From assembly GCA_963733295.1 (NCBI GenBank), contig CAVTCS010000003.1, forward strand, positions 2,688,001 to 2,752,000: a stretch of DNA of 64,000 bases, in the 5' to 3' direction. Below are positions 9,213 through 18,670 of this stretch, one piece after another; position 1 is the first letter of the stretch; every line of letters begins with the position of its first letter. The notes under the pieces are model-generated. The model did not search any database and was not told where the DNA came from. It saw only the letters and a list, made by a program, of their open reading frames with translations. This DNA comes from Vulcanimicrobiota bacterium. GTDB lineage: Bacteria; Vulcanimicrobiota; Vulcanimicrobiia; Vulcanimicrobiales; Vulcanimicrobiaceae. The position numbers were made by a program, and so were the translations under genes.

Positions 9213-10679
9213 GTGAGGAAACTTTGGATCGCCACGCTCGCCTACGTGGCGATCCTCGGCGCGCTCGCGCTCTGGCGCTGGCACGTCTGGAGCTACGGAA
9301 CCGATACCGGAACCTTCGCGCAAGTCATCGCCGACGCGTTCGGCGGCTTTCGCGACGGACCCGAGCAAGGCACGCACTTCCGCTTTCACTGGGCGCCGCT
9401 TCTCGCGGTCCTGTACCCGCTCGTCGCGCTGACGCGCTCGCCGCTTTCGATCCAATTGGCGCAAGTCGGGTTGATCGCGGCGAGCGCGTTTCCGCTCTAC
9501 GGCATCGCACGCGTCTACGTCGCGCAAACGGCCGCCTTTCGCATCGCCCTGCTCGCGCTCATCTATCCCCCGCTCGCCGCCGTCGCGTTCACCGAGTTTC
9601 ACGAGATCGCGTTTTATCCGGCGATCGCGCTCGGACTCTTCTGGGCCGCGGAACGGCGGCGCTGGACGATATTCGCCGCGCTCGCCTTTCTCTCGGCATT
9701 GATCCGGGAGGAGGCGTGTCTCGTTTTCATCGTCGTGGGACTCGTGCTCGCTGCGATCGGCTGGGTCAAGCGCAGTGCGAATGCCGGCGCGGGGTTGTTG
9801 CTGGGCGCACCGCAGTCGCCTGTCGCGCTGGTGCGGGCCGGCCTCGCTCTGTGCGCCGTCAACGCGGCCGCGCTTGCGATCTACTTCGGCGTCGTCATCC
9901 CGCACGTCGGCGCGTGGCAACCCTCGCGCTTCTACGATTACCCCTTCGCGCAAGGTCCGGCCGCGCTCGTCGGCGCGCTCGTGCTGCACCCATGGTATCT
10001 CGCGCAGATCGCGACCTTCGGGCGCTTCACCTATCTGCTCGAAGCGTTCGTCCCGCTGGCGTTTCTGCCGTTCGGCTCGCGCTGGAGTCTGCTGGCGCTT
10101 CCGGGTCTGGGCATCGTGCTGCTCTCCAGCGATGCGATCACCTGGCGCATGGGTTCGCACTACGCCGCGATTTGGATTCCCTGGCTGCTGCTCGGGAGCG
10201 CGGCGACGCTCGTGCGTCTCGAACGCAACGGTTCGCCCGCGCGCGCCGCGCGGGCGTCGTACGCTGCGGCCGGCCTCTGCGCGCTGTTCTTCGTCGCCTT
10301 CAATCCGATGCACGTGGTCCATTATTTGCGCGCGAGCTATCCGACCGCCGACGCCGCCCGCGCGCTCGCCGCGCTACCCGCCGATGCCGGGCCCGTCGTC
10401 ACGCACGACGAGTGGTTCGTCCGGATCGCGCTGGCTTACCCCGAAGCGACCGTCTTTCTCTGTCCCTACGTACGTTACGCCGTCTATGCCGACGATTTTC
10501 AAAACGGCTATTTTCAGAACGACATCAAGGTGCAGCTCGAGCGCCGCATCGCGCGCGGCGACGCGCGCATTCACGAGCGCTTCGGAGCGGTCGCGATCTA
10601 CGAACTGCGTCCCGCGCGGGGCGCGCGCATCGGCGACTGCATCACCCCCGGCGACTTGCGCTACAAGCCGCCTTCGTAA
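9213..10679 (+). CDS. DUF2079-like polytopic membrane protein (possible GT-C-type transferase)
   Basis: DTGTFAQ, HFRFHWAP, FTEFHE and IREE motifs with many TM helices. Confidence 0.7.
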   Translation: MRKLWIATLAYVAILGALALWRWHVWSYGTDTGTFAQVIADAFGGFRDGPEQGTHFRFHWAPLLAVLYPLVALTRSPLSIQLAQVGLIAASAFPLYGIARVYVAQTAAFRIALLALIYPPLAAVAFTEFHEIAFYPAIALGLFWAAERRRWTIFAALAFLSALIREEACLVFIVVGLVLAAIGWVKRSANAGAGLLLGAPQSPVALVRAGLALCAVNAAALAIYFGVVIPHVGAWQPSRFYDYPFAQGPAALVGALVLHPWYLAQIATFGRFTYLLEAFVPLAFLPFGSRWSLLALPGLGIVLLSSDAITWRMGSHYAAIWIPWLLLGSAATLVRLERNGSPARAARASYAAAGLCALFFVAFNPMHVVHYLRASYPTADAARALAALPADAGPVVTHDEWFVRIALAYPEATVFLCPYVRYAVYADDFQNGYFQNDIKVQLERRIARGDARIHERFGAVAIYELRPARGARIGDCITPGDLRYKPPS

Positions 10680-10689
10680 CGCGTCCGGC

Positions 10690-11607
10690 TTAGGACGGCG
10701 CGTCGCCGTCGTGCTGTGCGTATTGCTTGGCGTCGAAGTACCACGCCGGCAGCGACTGCGGGAACTTGATATCGCGGAAGTGGAAGTCGACGTTCTTTCC
10801 GTCGCCGTCGTAGTTGTCGCCCACCTCACCCTTAATGTCGGTTACGACCGGAACGCCGTCGACCGACCCCATCAGAATCGTAAACTTGACCCCGTAGGTC
10901 GGACCCCGGTCGATAAAGAGCTTGTCGGTCGCGATGAGCTTGCGCAGCTCGAGGGTGGTCTTATCGGCGCAGATGTCGCGTAAGCGGTTGCGGTCGGGAT
11001 CGCGCCGCGGCGTCAAGTGCAGGTGGATCTGATCGCCTTCGATGTCTTCGGCATCGACGATGTAGTCGAATTCACCGACCGCCGTCACGGCTGCGATTTC
11101 GGGCGGCGCCGTACCGGACGGTTCGGGAGTCGGCACGAACTCGACCGGATGCGGATGCAGCGGCGCCGGTTCGAAGACGTCGGCGGTCGGCGGACCCGGA
11201 TCGCGCGCCTCGTTGAACGCCGGACGTTGGAATTCGAGCGGCCCGCGCGCGAAGTCGCGAAAGACCCTGCGCCCGAGCGCGGCGCGATCGAAGTTGCGCT
11301 CCCAGATATGATACGTGTAGCTGCCCACGAAATCGGTGTCGCCGTGATCGGTCAGTTGAAAGCGGACTAGCGTGTAGGTCTCATACGGCGGCGGCGGCCG
11401 GTGCGAGCGGAATTTCGCGCGGATCAAGCCGAGCATGCGCTGCGGCGAGGGTGAAGCGGGTCCGGGGCCGGCCGGCACGCCCGCCACGCACGCATTCGGC
11501 GGCGCCGGCGACGGCGTCTCTACCGGTGGCGGCGCGGCCGCCGGCGGAGCCGCTGCAAGCAGCGGCGTCAGAGCGACCGTGAGCGCGAACAAGAGCCGGA
11601 GAGGCAC
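10690..11607 (-). CDS. Secreted hypothetical protein with Pro-rich linker
   Basis: Signal peptide, Pro-rich segment, beta-rich C-terminal part, typical codon usage. Confidence 0.75.
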   Translation of the reverse strand: MPLRLLFALTVALTPLLAAAPPAAAPPPVETPSPAPPNACVAGVPAGPGPASPSPQRMLGLIRAKFRSHRPPPPYETYTLVRFQLTDHGDTDFVGSYTYHIWERNFDRAALGRRVFRDFARGPLEFQRPAFNEARDPGPPTADVFEPAPLHPHPVEFVPTPEPSGTAPPEIAAVTAVGEFDYIVDAEDIEGDQIHLHLTPRRDPDRNRLRDICADKTTLELRKLIATDKLFIDRGPTYGVKFTILMGSVDGVPVVTDIKGEVGDNYDGDGKNVDFHFRDIKFPQSLPAWYFDAKQYAQHDGDAPS

Positions 11608-11686
11608 CCCTAGATAATACGGCGCGACCTCCCGTCGGCCCGTCTACTTTGCCCCATTGTTTAGGCGGCGGGTCTCTCGTCCGAAT

Positions 11687-13432
11687 TCAGCGCGCCGTTG
11701 CGGCGCGAGCGCGTTGCGCGGCGACGAAGGCGAGAACCGCGTCGAGCGGTCGAGCGTTGAGCACGCGCTCCGGTTCGATCCAAGCCCGGCGCGCCTGTCC
11801 CACCGCGTAGCTCACGTTCTCGAGGTGAGCGACATCGTGCGCGTCGCTGTCGAGCGCGAACGTGCAGCCGAACGAGGCCGCGCGACGCGCTAAGCCGCTG
11901 GGAAGGTCGAGCCGGTTCGGTTGCCCGTCGATCTCAAGGGCCGTTCCGGTTCGCGCCGCCGCCGCGAATACGGCATCGTAGTCGAACTCGTAACCTGGAA
12001 AGGCACCGACCTGACGGCCGGTGGGATGTCCGATGATATCGACGTAGGGGCTTTCGCAGGCGCGCAGCAGCCGCTGCGTCATTTGCTCGCGAGACAGGTT
12101 CAGCGCCGTATGAACGCTGGCGATGACGATGTCGAGCTCGGCCAGCACGGGACCCGGATAGTCGAGCGAACCGTCAGCCAGCAGGTCGACTTCCGCGGAG
12201 CACAACGTGCGCACGCCGTGTTGCTCGCCGATCTCGCGCACGCGCGCGCGCTGCGCGCGCAGTTCGGCGGGATCGAGTCCCCAGTCGCCGCGTCCTGCCG
12301 AGTGATCGGAAATCGAGTGATACGCATATCCCAGTTGCGCGCAGGCTGCGATCATCGTCTCGAGCGAGTTGGCGCCGTCGCTCCAGGTGCAGTGCATGTG
12401 GAAGTCGCCGCGCAGCTCGGAGCGCGTAACCGGTTGCGGCAGCGAACCGTCGGCGGCAGCCTCGATCTCGCCGAGACCGAGCCGCATCTCGGGGGGAACG
12501 TACGCCAAGCCCAGGCGAGCGTACACTTCCGCTTCGGTGCGACAGGTCGTGTTGTCGCCGCTTGCCACGTCGAGGATGCCGTTCTCGCTGACGCGCAACC
12601 CTTTGCGCACGGCCAGCTCGCGCAGCTGGATGTTGTGTTCGCGGCTGCCGGTGAAGTGTTGCAGCAGATTGCCGTAGACGTCTTCGGGCAGAACGCGCAG
12701 ATCGATTTGCAGTCCGCCCGCAAGCCAGATCGAAGCTTTGGTGGGGCCCTCGGCGAGCACCGCTTCGGCGCGCTCCCATGCGGTGAAGCTCGCGATGACC
12801 TTGGCGGCGTCGTGCGCGGTGCACACGATGTCGATGTCGCCGACCGTCGGCTCGCCGCGCCGCACGCTGCCGGCGAAGGTCAAGTTTCCCGCAGGCGAGG
12901 TTTCCTCCAGATACGCCGCGATCTCGCGAGCCAGCGGCAGCGCTCGCCCCAGCGGGGTGCGCGTTTGCCGCCCTTTGTACGCGAGGATTCCGCGCTTGAC
13001 GTTCTCGAGCGATTTCTTCCCGAGGCGCCCGACGCCGGCGAGCTCGTCGCCGAGCACGGCGCGCTCGAGATCGGCCAGCGACGCAATGCCGCGCTCGGCG
13101 AACAGCGCCTGCGCCGTCTTCATCCCGATGCCGGGCACCGCGAGCACCTCGAAGAGCGACGGCGGGAACTGGGCCGCCAGCTCTTCGTAGTAGATGCTGG
13201 TCCCGGTCGCGACGATCTCGGCGATGCGGCCGGCGATCGTCTTGCCCACGCCGGGCAGCTTCTGCAACTCGTCGGTGGCGATCAGCTCGGGCACGGGGCC
13301 GGCGTTTTCGATCGTCTCAGCGGCGCGCTCGTAGGCCATGAACTTGAAATAAGGTTCGCCCGCGAACTCCATCAGCAGGCGGATGTCCTTGAGTTTCCTG
13401 GCGATCTCGGCGTTGCTCGGCGCGCGGGTCAC
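11687..13432 (-). CDS. polX: DNA polymerase X / PHP 3'-5' exonuclease
   Basis: HhH motifs LPGVGK and VPGIG, GSVRR, GDID, IDLR, HFTGSREHN. PHP motifs HMH, DHS, HPTGR, DSDAH. Confidence 0.95.
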   Translation of the reverse strand: MTRAPSNAEIARKLKDIRLLMEFAGEPYFKFMAYERAAETIENAGPVPELIATDELQKLPGVGKTIAGRIAEIVATGTSIYYEELAAQFPPSLFEVLAVPGIGMKTAQALFAERGIASLADLERAVLGDELAGVGRLGKKSLENVKRGILAYKGRQTRTPLGRALPLAREIAAYLEETSPAGNLTFAGSVRRGEPTVGDIDIVCTAHDAAKVIASFTAWERAEAVLAEGPTKASIWLAGGLQIDLRVLPEDVYGNLLQHFTGSREHNIQLRELAVRKGLRVSENGILDVASGDNTTCRTEAEVYARLGLAYVPPEMRLGLGEIEAAADGSLPQPVTRSELRGDFHMHCTWSDGANSLETMIAACAQLGYAYHSISDHSAGRGDWGLDPAELRAQRARVREIGEQHGVRTLCSAEVDLLADGSLDYPGPVLAELDIVIASVHTALNLSREQMTQRLLRACESPYVDIIGHPTGRQVGAFPGYEFDYDAVFAAAARTGTALEIDGQPNRLDLPSGLARRAASFGCTFALDSDAHDVAHLENVSYAVGQARRAWIEPERVLNARPLDAVLAFVAAQRARAATAR

Positions 13433-13470
13433 GAGAGGACCACTGTTCGCCGAATCCGTACGAACGTCCC

Positions 13471-14577
13471 ATGTTGCGCGTCGAGCGGCTCGATCCCGGG
13501 ATCTTCAACCTCCCGGTCGAGAAGATGCGCTCGGGTTACTATTCGGATACGTACTTCAACCGGGCGCGAGAGATCCTCGAGCGCGACCGCTGCCATCCGC
13601 ACGTTCGGATGCAAGTCTTTCAGCGCAATCATTCGGTGTTGTGCGGCATCGACGAAGCGCTCGCGATCCTCAAGTTGTGCTCGGGTCGCAAGCGCCCGGG
13701 CGGAGACTGGGAGGACGGTTGGTCTTCGCTCGCCGTGCGTGCGCTGTACGACGGCGACGCGATCGGGCCGTTCGAGACCGTGCTGACGATCGAGGGCGAC
13801 TACGCGCTCTTCGCGCACCTCGAGACATGCTATCTGGGCGTGCTCTCGCGCCGCACGCGCATCGCGACGAACGCGCGGGAGATCGTAGACGCCGCAAACG
13901 GCAAGGAGGTTCTGTTCTTTCCGGCGCGTTTCGACCATCATCAGATGCAGACCGGGGACGGGTACGCGGCTTACATTTCGGGCGCTCTCGGCGTTTCGAC
14001 CGACGCCAACGCGGAGTGGTGGGGTTCGCGTGGAATGGGCACCGTTCCGCACGCGCTGATCGCGGCCTACGGCGGCGACACCGTGCTGGCCACGAAAAAA
14101 TTTGCCCAATACATTCCGAGCGACGTGAACGTGATCGCGCTGGTCGACTTCGAGAACGACTGCGTCGCCACGAGCCTGGCCGTCGCGCGCGCGCTGGGAA
14201 GGCGCCTGTGGGGCGTGCGGCTCGATACGTCGAACACGCTCGTCGACAAATCGCTCTGGTCGCAGATGGGGACGTTTCCTCCGACCGGCGTGGTTCCCGA
14301 GCTCGTGCGCAACGTACGCGGCGCGCTCGACGCGGCGGGTTTCGCCGAAGTGAAGATCGTCGTCAGCGGCGGTTTCGGCGCGCAGAAGATCCGGCTATTC
14401 GAAGAAGCCGACGTACCGGTCGACGCATACGCCGTCGGCAGCGCATTTTTCGAAGGCACCGGTCAGTTCGATTTTACCGCCGACATCGTCGCACTCGAAC
14501 GCGACGGCGCTTGGACCGAATGCCACAAAGCCGGCCGGCCCGAACGTCCCAGCACGCGTCTCTCGCCGGTCACGTGA
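13471..14577 (+). CDS. Nicotinate phosphoribosyltransferase (NAPRTase/QAPRTase family)
   Basis: YSDTYF, GTVPHALI, LVDFENDC, GVRLDT, IVVSGGF and DFTADIV motifs. Confidence 0.85.
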   Translation: MLRVERLDPGIFNLPVEKMRSGYYSDTYFNRAREILERDRCHPHVRMQVFQRNHSVLCGIDEALAILKLCSGRKRPGGDWEDGWSSLAVRALYDGDAIGPFETVLTIEGDYALFAHLETCYLGVLSRRTRIATNAREIVDAANGKEVLFFPARFDHHQMQTGDGYAAYISGALGVSTDANAEWWGSRGMGTVPHALIAAYGGDTVLATKKFAQYIPSDVNVIALVDFENDCVATSLAVARALGRRLWGVRLDTSNTLVDKSLWSQMGTFPPTGVVPELVRNVRGALDAAGFAEVKIVVSGGFGAQKIRLFEEADVPVDAYAVGSAFFEGTGQFDFTADIVALERDGAWTECHKAGRPERPSTRLSPVT

Positions 14578-15131
14578 CCGTCCTACGCATCGTTCGCGCC
14601 AGCTTCGTTCGCGCCGGTGAGGAGCTGGTGGCGCCGTTCGATCTCGAGTTGCGATGCGGGGAACGGACGGCGCTGTTCTCGCCGGACGCCCGCGCCGCGG
14701 CGCTGACGGCGCGCATCGCCGCCGCGGTCGTCAAGCCGACGAACGGGGCCGCGTACATCGGCGATTTCGACGCGCGCCTGCAGCCGGCCCAAGCCAAGCG
14801 CTGCGTCGCGTTCGTCGCCGCGAGCGAGCCCGCGCCGGAGAATTTCGGGCGAGCGCTCGCCTTTTACGCGGCCGCCTTCGACGTCGACCAGGCCGAAGCG
14901 CTGCGGCGCGCGAGCGAGGTGACGTCGGCGCTCGGCTCGGGCGCCTACGCGCGCAACGCCGCGCTCGCGCTGTGCCACGATTCGTCCCTGATCGTTCTGG
15001 ACCGCCCGGCGCCCGACGTCGCCGAAACCCTCGCGCGCTTGCGACCGCATGCCGCGATCCTCTGTTCGCTCGTCGCCTCCGGCGCTCGCGAAGCGCGCCC
15101 GGGGCGGCGCGAACTCGAGGCACGCCGCTGA
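14574..15131 (+). CDS. Degenerate ABC-ATPase-like protein
   Basis: GTGA overlap with the upstream gene. ABC-like elements (DLELRCGE, VKPTNG, LIVLDRP) but no intact Walker A or LSGGQ. Confidence 0.65.
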   Translation: MTVLRIVRASFVRAGEELVAPFDLELRCGERTALFSPDARAAALTARIAAAVVKPTNGAAYIGDFDARLQPAQAKRCVAFVAASEPAPENFGRALAFYAAAFDVDQAEALRRASEVTSALGSGAYARNAALALCHDSSLIVLDRPAPDVAETLARLRPHAAILCSLVASGAREARPGRRELEARR

Positions 15132-15742
15132 ACGCGCGCACGCTCGCCGCGCTCGCGCGCTGGCATCTCGGTTGCCTCGGGACGATCGACGCGATTGCGG
15201 CAACGGTACTCGGCTTGCTGCTCGGCGTCGTCTGCGCCTGGTCCGCGACCGGCGAACGGACCGCTGCCGCGGAAGTCGCGTTGGCGGGCAGCATCTTCGC
15301 GATCGCGTTCGCTTCCTCGCCGAGGGCGACGCGCGCGGCGCGCAGCCTCTTTCTTTTCTCGGCGCCGCTCTACGGCCGCGAACTCGCGCGAGGTCTCGCG
15401 CTCGCTCCTAGCCTGCTCGCGACGCTCTTCCCGCTGGCCGCCTTCGCGGGCTGGTCGCTGCAACGCGAGACGCACGCCGCGCTTTGGCTTCTGCCGCTGC
15501 TCGCCGCGGTACTCGCGGCTCTCGTTTCGCTTTCAGCTACGTTGCGCGACGCTTGGCGAGTCGTGCTGTATCGCGCGCTCGCCCTGGGCAGCGCAAGTTG
15601 TCTTGCCGCCTTTTCGCTGCTCCTTGGGGACGACGCGGCCTCACGCATCGGCCTCGCGTTCGCGGCGCTGACGCTCGGCTTCTTCGCGCTGCGCGCCTTC
15701 GGTGAGACGCTCGCCCGCTACGATCCCGTCGCCGGCGCGTAG
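15128..15742 (+). CDS. Hydrophobic membrane protein (putative ABC permease partner), probable CTG start
   Basis: CTGA overlap with the upstream stop, about 6 hydrophobic segments, FSAPLYGRELAR loop. Confidence 0.65.
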   Translation: MNARTLAALARWHLGCLGTIDAIAATVLGLLLGVVCAWSATGERTAAAEVALAGSIFAIAFASSPRATRAARSLFLFSAPLYGRELARGLALAPSLLATLFPLAAFAGWSLQRETHAALWLLPLLAAVLAALVSLSATLRDAWRVVLYRALALGSASCLAAFSLLLGDDAASRIGLAFAALTLGFFALRAFGETLARYDPVAGA

Positions 15743-15749
15743 AAACGCG

Positions 15750-16313
15750 CTACGCCGGTTGCCCGACTGCCGTTGCGAGCTTCTCGAGAATTGCCCGATC
15801 GAAGAGCACGACGTCCGCGGCACCGCGCGAGCTAACCCAGTGACCGTCCTGCACGACCGGTTGATCGCGATACAAACCGCCGGCATTGCGAATGTCGTCG
15901 GCGATCGAGGTCGAGCCGGTCAGCGTGCGCCCGCGCGCGACTTGCGCCGAGATCAAGACCTGCGCGCCGTGACCGATGACGAACGTGGGCTTCTTGGCGG
16001 CGTCGAACTCTTTGACGAAACGTTGCACTTCGCGGCTGGTGCGAATCCGATCGGGTGAGGTCCCGCCCGGAACGAGGAGCGCGTCGAAATCTTCGGCGGT
16101 GCAGTCGGCGACGATCTCCTCGGCTTTGACCGCGGTGCCTTCCTCGAGCCCGCGCTTGCCGCGAATGCGCTGCTTCGCTCGTTCGTCGACGCCGACGATC
16201 GTGACGATCGCCCCGGCTTCTTCGAGCGTCTTGCGCGGTTCCGCGAGTTCGGCTTCTTCGAAACCGTCGCCGACGAGCGCGGCAACTCGCTTTCCTTCGA
16301 TACCTGGTTGCAT
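15750..16313 (-). CDS. DJ-1/PfpI family protein
   Basis: DGFEEAEL, FDALLVPGG, IGHGAQVL, DIRNAGG, WVSSR motifs. Confidence 0.9.
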   Translation of the reverse strand: MQPGIEGKRVAALVGDGFEEAELAEPRKTLEEAGAIVTIVGVDERAKQRIRGKRGLEEGTAVKAEEIVADCTAEDFDALLVPGGTSPDRIRTSREVQRFVKEFDAAKKPTFVIGHGAQVLISAQVARGRTLTGSTSIADDIRNAGGLYRDQPVVQDGHWVSSRGAADVVLFDRAILEKLATAVGQPA

Positions 16314-16360
16314 TTGGCGATGGGTTCCCGAACGTCAGGCGACCTTCCCGTCGCGCTCGC

Positions 16361-16870
16361 TTACAGGGAGCCTCCGGTAACCTGGGCCGCGACGCGCAGC
16401 AGGTAGGCGAGTTCGAGCTCGAGTTTCCCGAGGCGATCGAGCAACTCGTCGGCGGCGAGGGCTTTCAGCGCCGGATTCCTCACCAGCATGTCCCGCTCGG
16501 GAACCGCGTGGCGAGGATTGATCTCGCGCATATAGATCCGGGCGTCGTGACGGACTTGGCCTTCAGGTAGAAAGTAGAGCGGGTCGAGTCCGGCCGCATA
16601 CGACTCGAGCGAAAGGATCTCGGTGCGCTGCAAAAATTCGATCGCCCGCAGTTTCAAGAGTCCCGCGAGGCCGGCCAGCTGGGCCGGCGTGAGGCGCCGC
16701 GAGCCCGCCGTCACGAGCGCCAACTCACCGGCCCCGAGACCCGCGGCGGCCTCAGCCGCCCCGGCCTCCAAATTGCGTTCGGCTAAGAGGCGGGCGAGCG
16801 CTGGGCCGAAGGCGGGCCCCCCGGCTGTCCCCCTCGTTGCGTCCCACGCTGCTACCGGATGGTCGTTCAT
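16361..16870 (-). CDS. Hypothetical protein with XRE-like HTH N-terminus
   Basis: FGPALARLLAERNL...AGLGAGELALVTAGSRRLT...LAGLL resembles a Cro/C1 HTH. Start could be 16870 or 16885. Confidence 0.6.
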   Translation of the reverse strand: MNDHPVAAWDATRGTAGGPAFGPALARLLAERNLEAGAAEAAAGLGAGELALVTAGSRRLTPAQLAGLAGLLKLRAIEFLQRTEILSLESYAAGLDPLYFLPEGQVRHDARIYMREINPRHAVPERDMLVRNPALKALAADELLDRLGKLELELAYLLRVAAQVTGGSL

Positions 16871-16921
16871 TTGAGGCCCGCGCATAGGAATTATCAGCTA
16901 CTTAAGCGGACAGGCTTCGCC

Positions 16922-17995
16922 GTGGCCGAGCCCAAGCCCGCGGCGAACGCGACCGAGGCGCGGAAGTCGCGTCATCTCGACATCTGTTTGGAAGAAGACG
17001 TCGCTTCAGCGCTCGATGCGGGCTTCGCCCGCGTTCGCCTCGCGCACGAAGCGTTGCCCGAATGCGCCCTCGAGGACATCGACACTTCGGTGACGTTCTT
17101 GGGCTGGAGGTTGCGCGCTCCGCTCCTGATCTCGTCGATGACCGGCGGCACCTCGCGAGCGCGCGACATCAACCACAACTTGGCGATCGCGGCCGAGGCG
17201 GCCGGCATCGCGCTCGCGCTCGGAAGCCAGCGCGCGGCGCTCGAAGATCAATCGCTGATTTCGACGTACCGCGTTCGCGACGTCGCGCCGCGAGTGACGC
17301 TCGTCGCGAACCTCGGCGCGGTCCAGTTGAACTACGGCGTCGGCATCGACGACGCCCGGCGCATCGTCGAAAGCATCTCGGCGAACGCGCTGTACTTGCA
17401 CCTGAACCCGTTGCAAGAAGCGTTGCAACGCAACGGCGATACGAATTTCCGTTCGCTCTTGACGAAGATCGGCGCGCTCTGCCGCGCGCTCGAAGTTCCG
17501 GTCATCGCGAAGGGCGTCGGCTCGGGCATCTCCGCCCGCACGGCCTTGCGCCTAGCCGACGCGGGCGTCGCCGCAATCGACGTCGCGGGAGCGGGCGGCA
17601 CCTCGTGGGCGCGGGTCGAGGGTCGTCGCTCGGACGACCCGCGGCGCGAAGCGCTCGCCGAAAGCTTTGCCGCCTGGGGCTATCCGACCGCCGAAGCGGT
17701 CGCCGCATTGCGCCGGGCCGCTCCCTCGCTGCCGATCGTTGCGAGCGGCGGCGTGCGAACGGGAGTCGACGTCGCCAAAGCGCTCGCGCTCGGCGCGAAC
17801 TTGGCGGCGCTGGGTTTGCCTTTCCTCGAACCGGCGACGCGTTCGGCCGAAGCGGTTGCCGACAAGATCGCTTTGATTCTCGAAGGCTTGCGCGTCGCGC
17901 TGTTCGCGAGCGGGTGCCGGCGGCCGTCCGACTTGCCCGGCGCGCTTCACGAACGCGGTTCGGACGAGATCGTGATGGTCGAGCCCTCGACCTGA
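16922..17995 (+). CDS. fni: Type 2 isopentenyl-diphosphate delta-isomerase
   Basis: RKSRHL, SSMTGG, GSQR, HLNPLQE, GAGGTSW and ASGGVR motifs. Confidence 0.95.
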   Translation: MAEPKPAANATEARKSRHLDICLEEDVASALDAGFARVRLAHEALPECALEDIDTSVTFLGWRLRAPLLISSMTGGTSRARDINHNLAIAAEAAGIALALGSQRAALEDQSLISTYRVRDVAPRVTLVANLGAVQLNYGVGIDDARRIVESISANALYLHLNPLQEALQRNGDTNFRSLLTKIGALCRALEVPVIAKGVGSGISARTALRLADAGVAAIDVAGAGGTSWARVEGRRSDDPRREALAESFAAWGYPTAEAVAALRRAAPSLPIVASGGVRTGVDVAKALALGANLAALGLPFLEPATRSAEAVADKIALILEGLRVALFASGCRRPSDLPGALHERGSDEIVMVEPST

Positions 17996-18264
17996 ACGTC
18001 GAACACGTCGACGCTCGCAACGCCTCCGATCGGCATCTTACCGGTGCGCAGCTCGAAGCACCAAGCGTGCCACGGGCAAGTTATGCGCGTGCCCGCGAGC
18101 CAGCCGTCCGCGAGCGGACCACCTTGATGCGGACAACAGTTATCGATCGCGAACAATTCACCGTCCACGTTGAAGAGCGCGATCTCCCGGTCGCCGACCA
18201 CGACGGTCTTCACGCCTCCGGGCGGAAGTTCGGAAAGCTTCGCGACCGGAACGAATTTGGGCAT
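17947..18264 (-). CDS. Rieske [2Fe-2S] ferredoxin
   Basis: CPHQGGPL and CPWH motifs. Confidence 0.93.
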   Translation of the reverse strand: MPKFVPVAKLSELPPGGVKTVVVGDREIALFNVDGELFAIDNCCPHQGGPLADGWLAGTRITCPWHAWCFELRTGKMPIGGVASVDVFDVQVEGSTITISSEPRS

Positions 18265-18328
18265 AGCAGCGAGTCCGCTTCGCGCGAACAACGCTCCATC
18301 ACTTTCCGAGTCTCGAGGTAAATCCGAG

Positions 18329-18616
18329 ATGCTCTCCGACTATCGCACATGGCTCGAATCGGAGCTCAAGCTCCTCGGGAACGCGAGCCACCATGCCTAT
18401 TCCTTCGGTCAGGCCAATATGGCCAAACGCGCCATCGAGCGGCTCGACCAGGAATTAGCCGGGAGAACCCTCGTCGTCCTCAGCCGGGAAGAAGCCGCGA
18501 GCGCCGCCGCGGCCCTCGACGAAATGCAGTCCGGCGCGGCGCTGCCGCCCGAACTGAGACCGTTGCGCGAGCGCCTGCACGCCGGACTCGAGGACCAACC
18601 GAAGGGCGCGCCCTGA
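18329..18616 (+). CDS. Small hypothetical protein
   Basis: MLSDYRTWLESEL..., 95 aa, helical, typical codon usage, fills the gap before rpsO. Confidence 0.65.
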   Translation: MLSDYRTWLESELKLLGNASHHAYSFGQANMAKRAIERLDQELAGRTLVVLSREEAASAAAALDEMQSGAALPPELRPLRERLHAGLEDQPKGAP

Positions 18617-18636
18617 TTGCGAGCCGCCAAGACCGC

Positions 18637-18665
18637 TTGCCGCAGGACCGGCGCTCTGCTATGAT
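18637..18665 (+). promoter_or_regulatory. Sigma70-type promoter of rpsO
   Basis: TTGCCG-17 nt-TATGAT with a TG extended -10. Confidence 0.7.
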
Positions 18666-18670
18666 TCGCC

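Noticed and set aside
17947..17995. 49-bp convergent overlap of fni and the Rieske gene as a regulatory system
   Set aside because: Short 3' overlaps are common in compact GC-rich genomes, and there is no other evidence.
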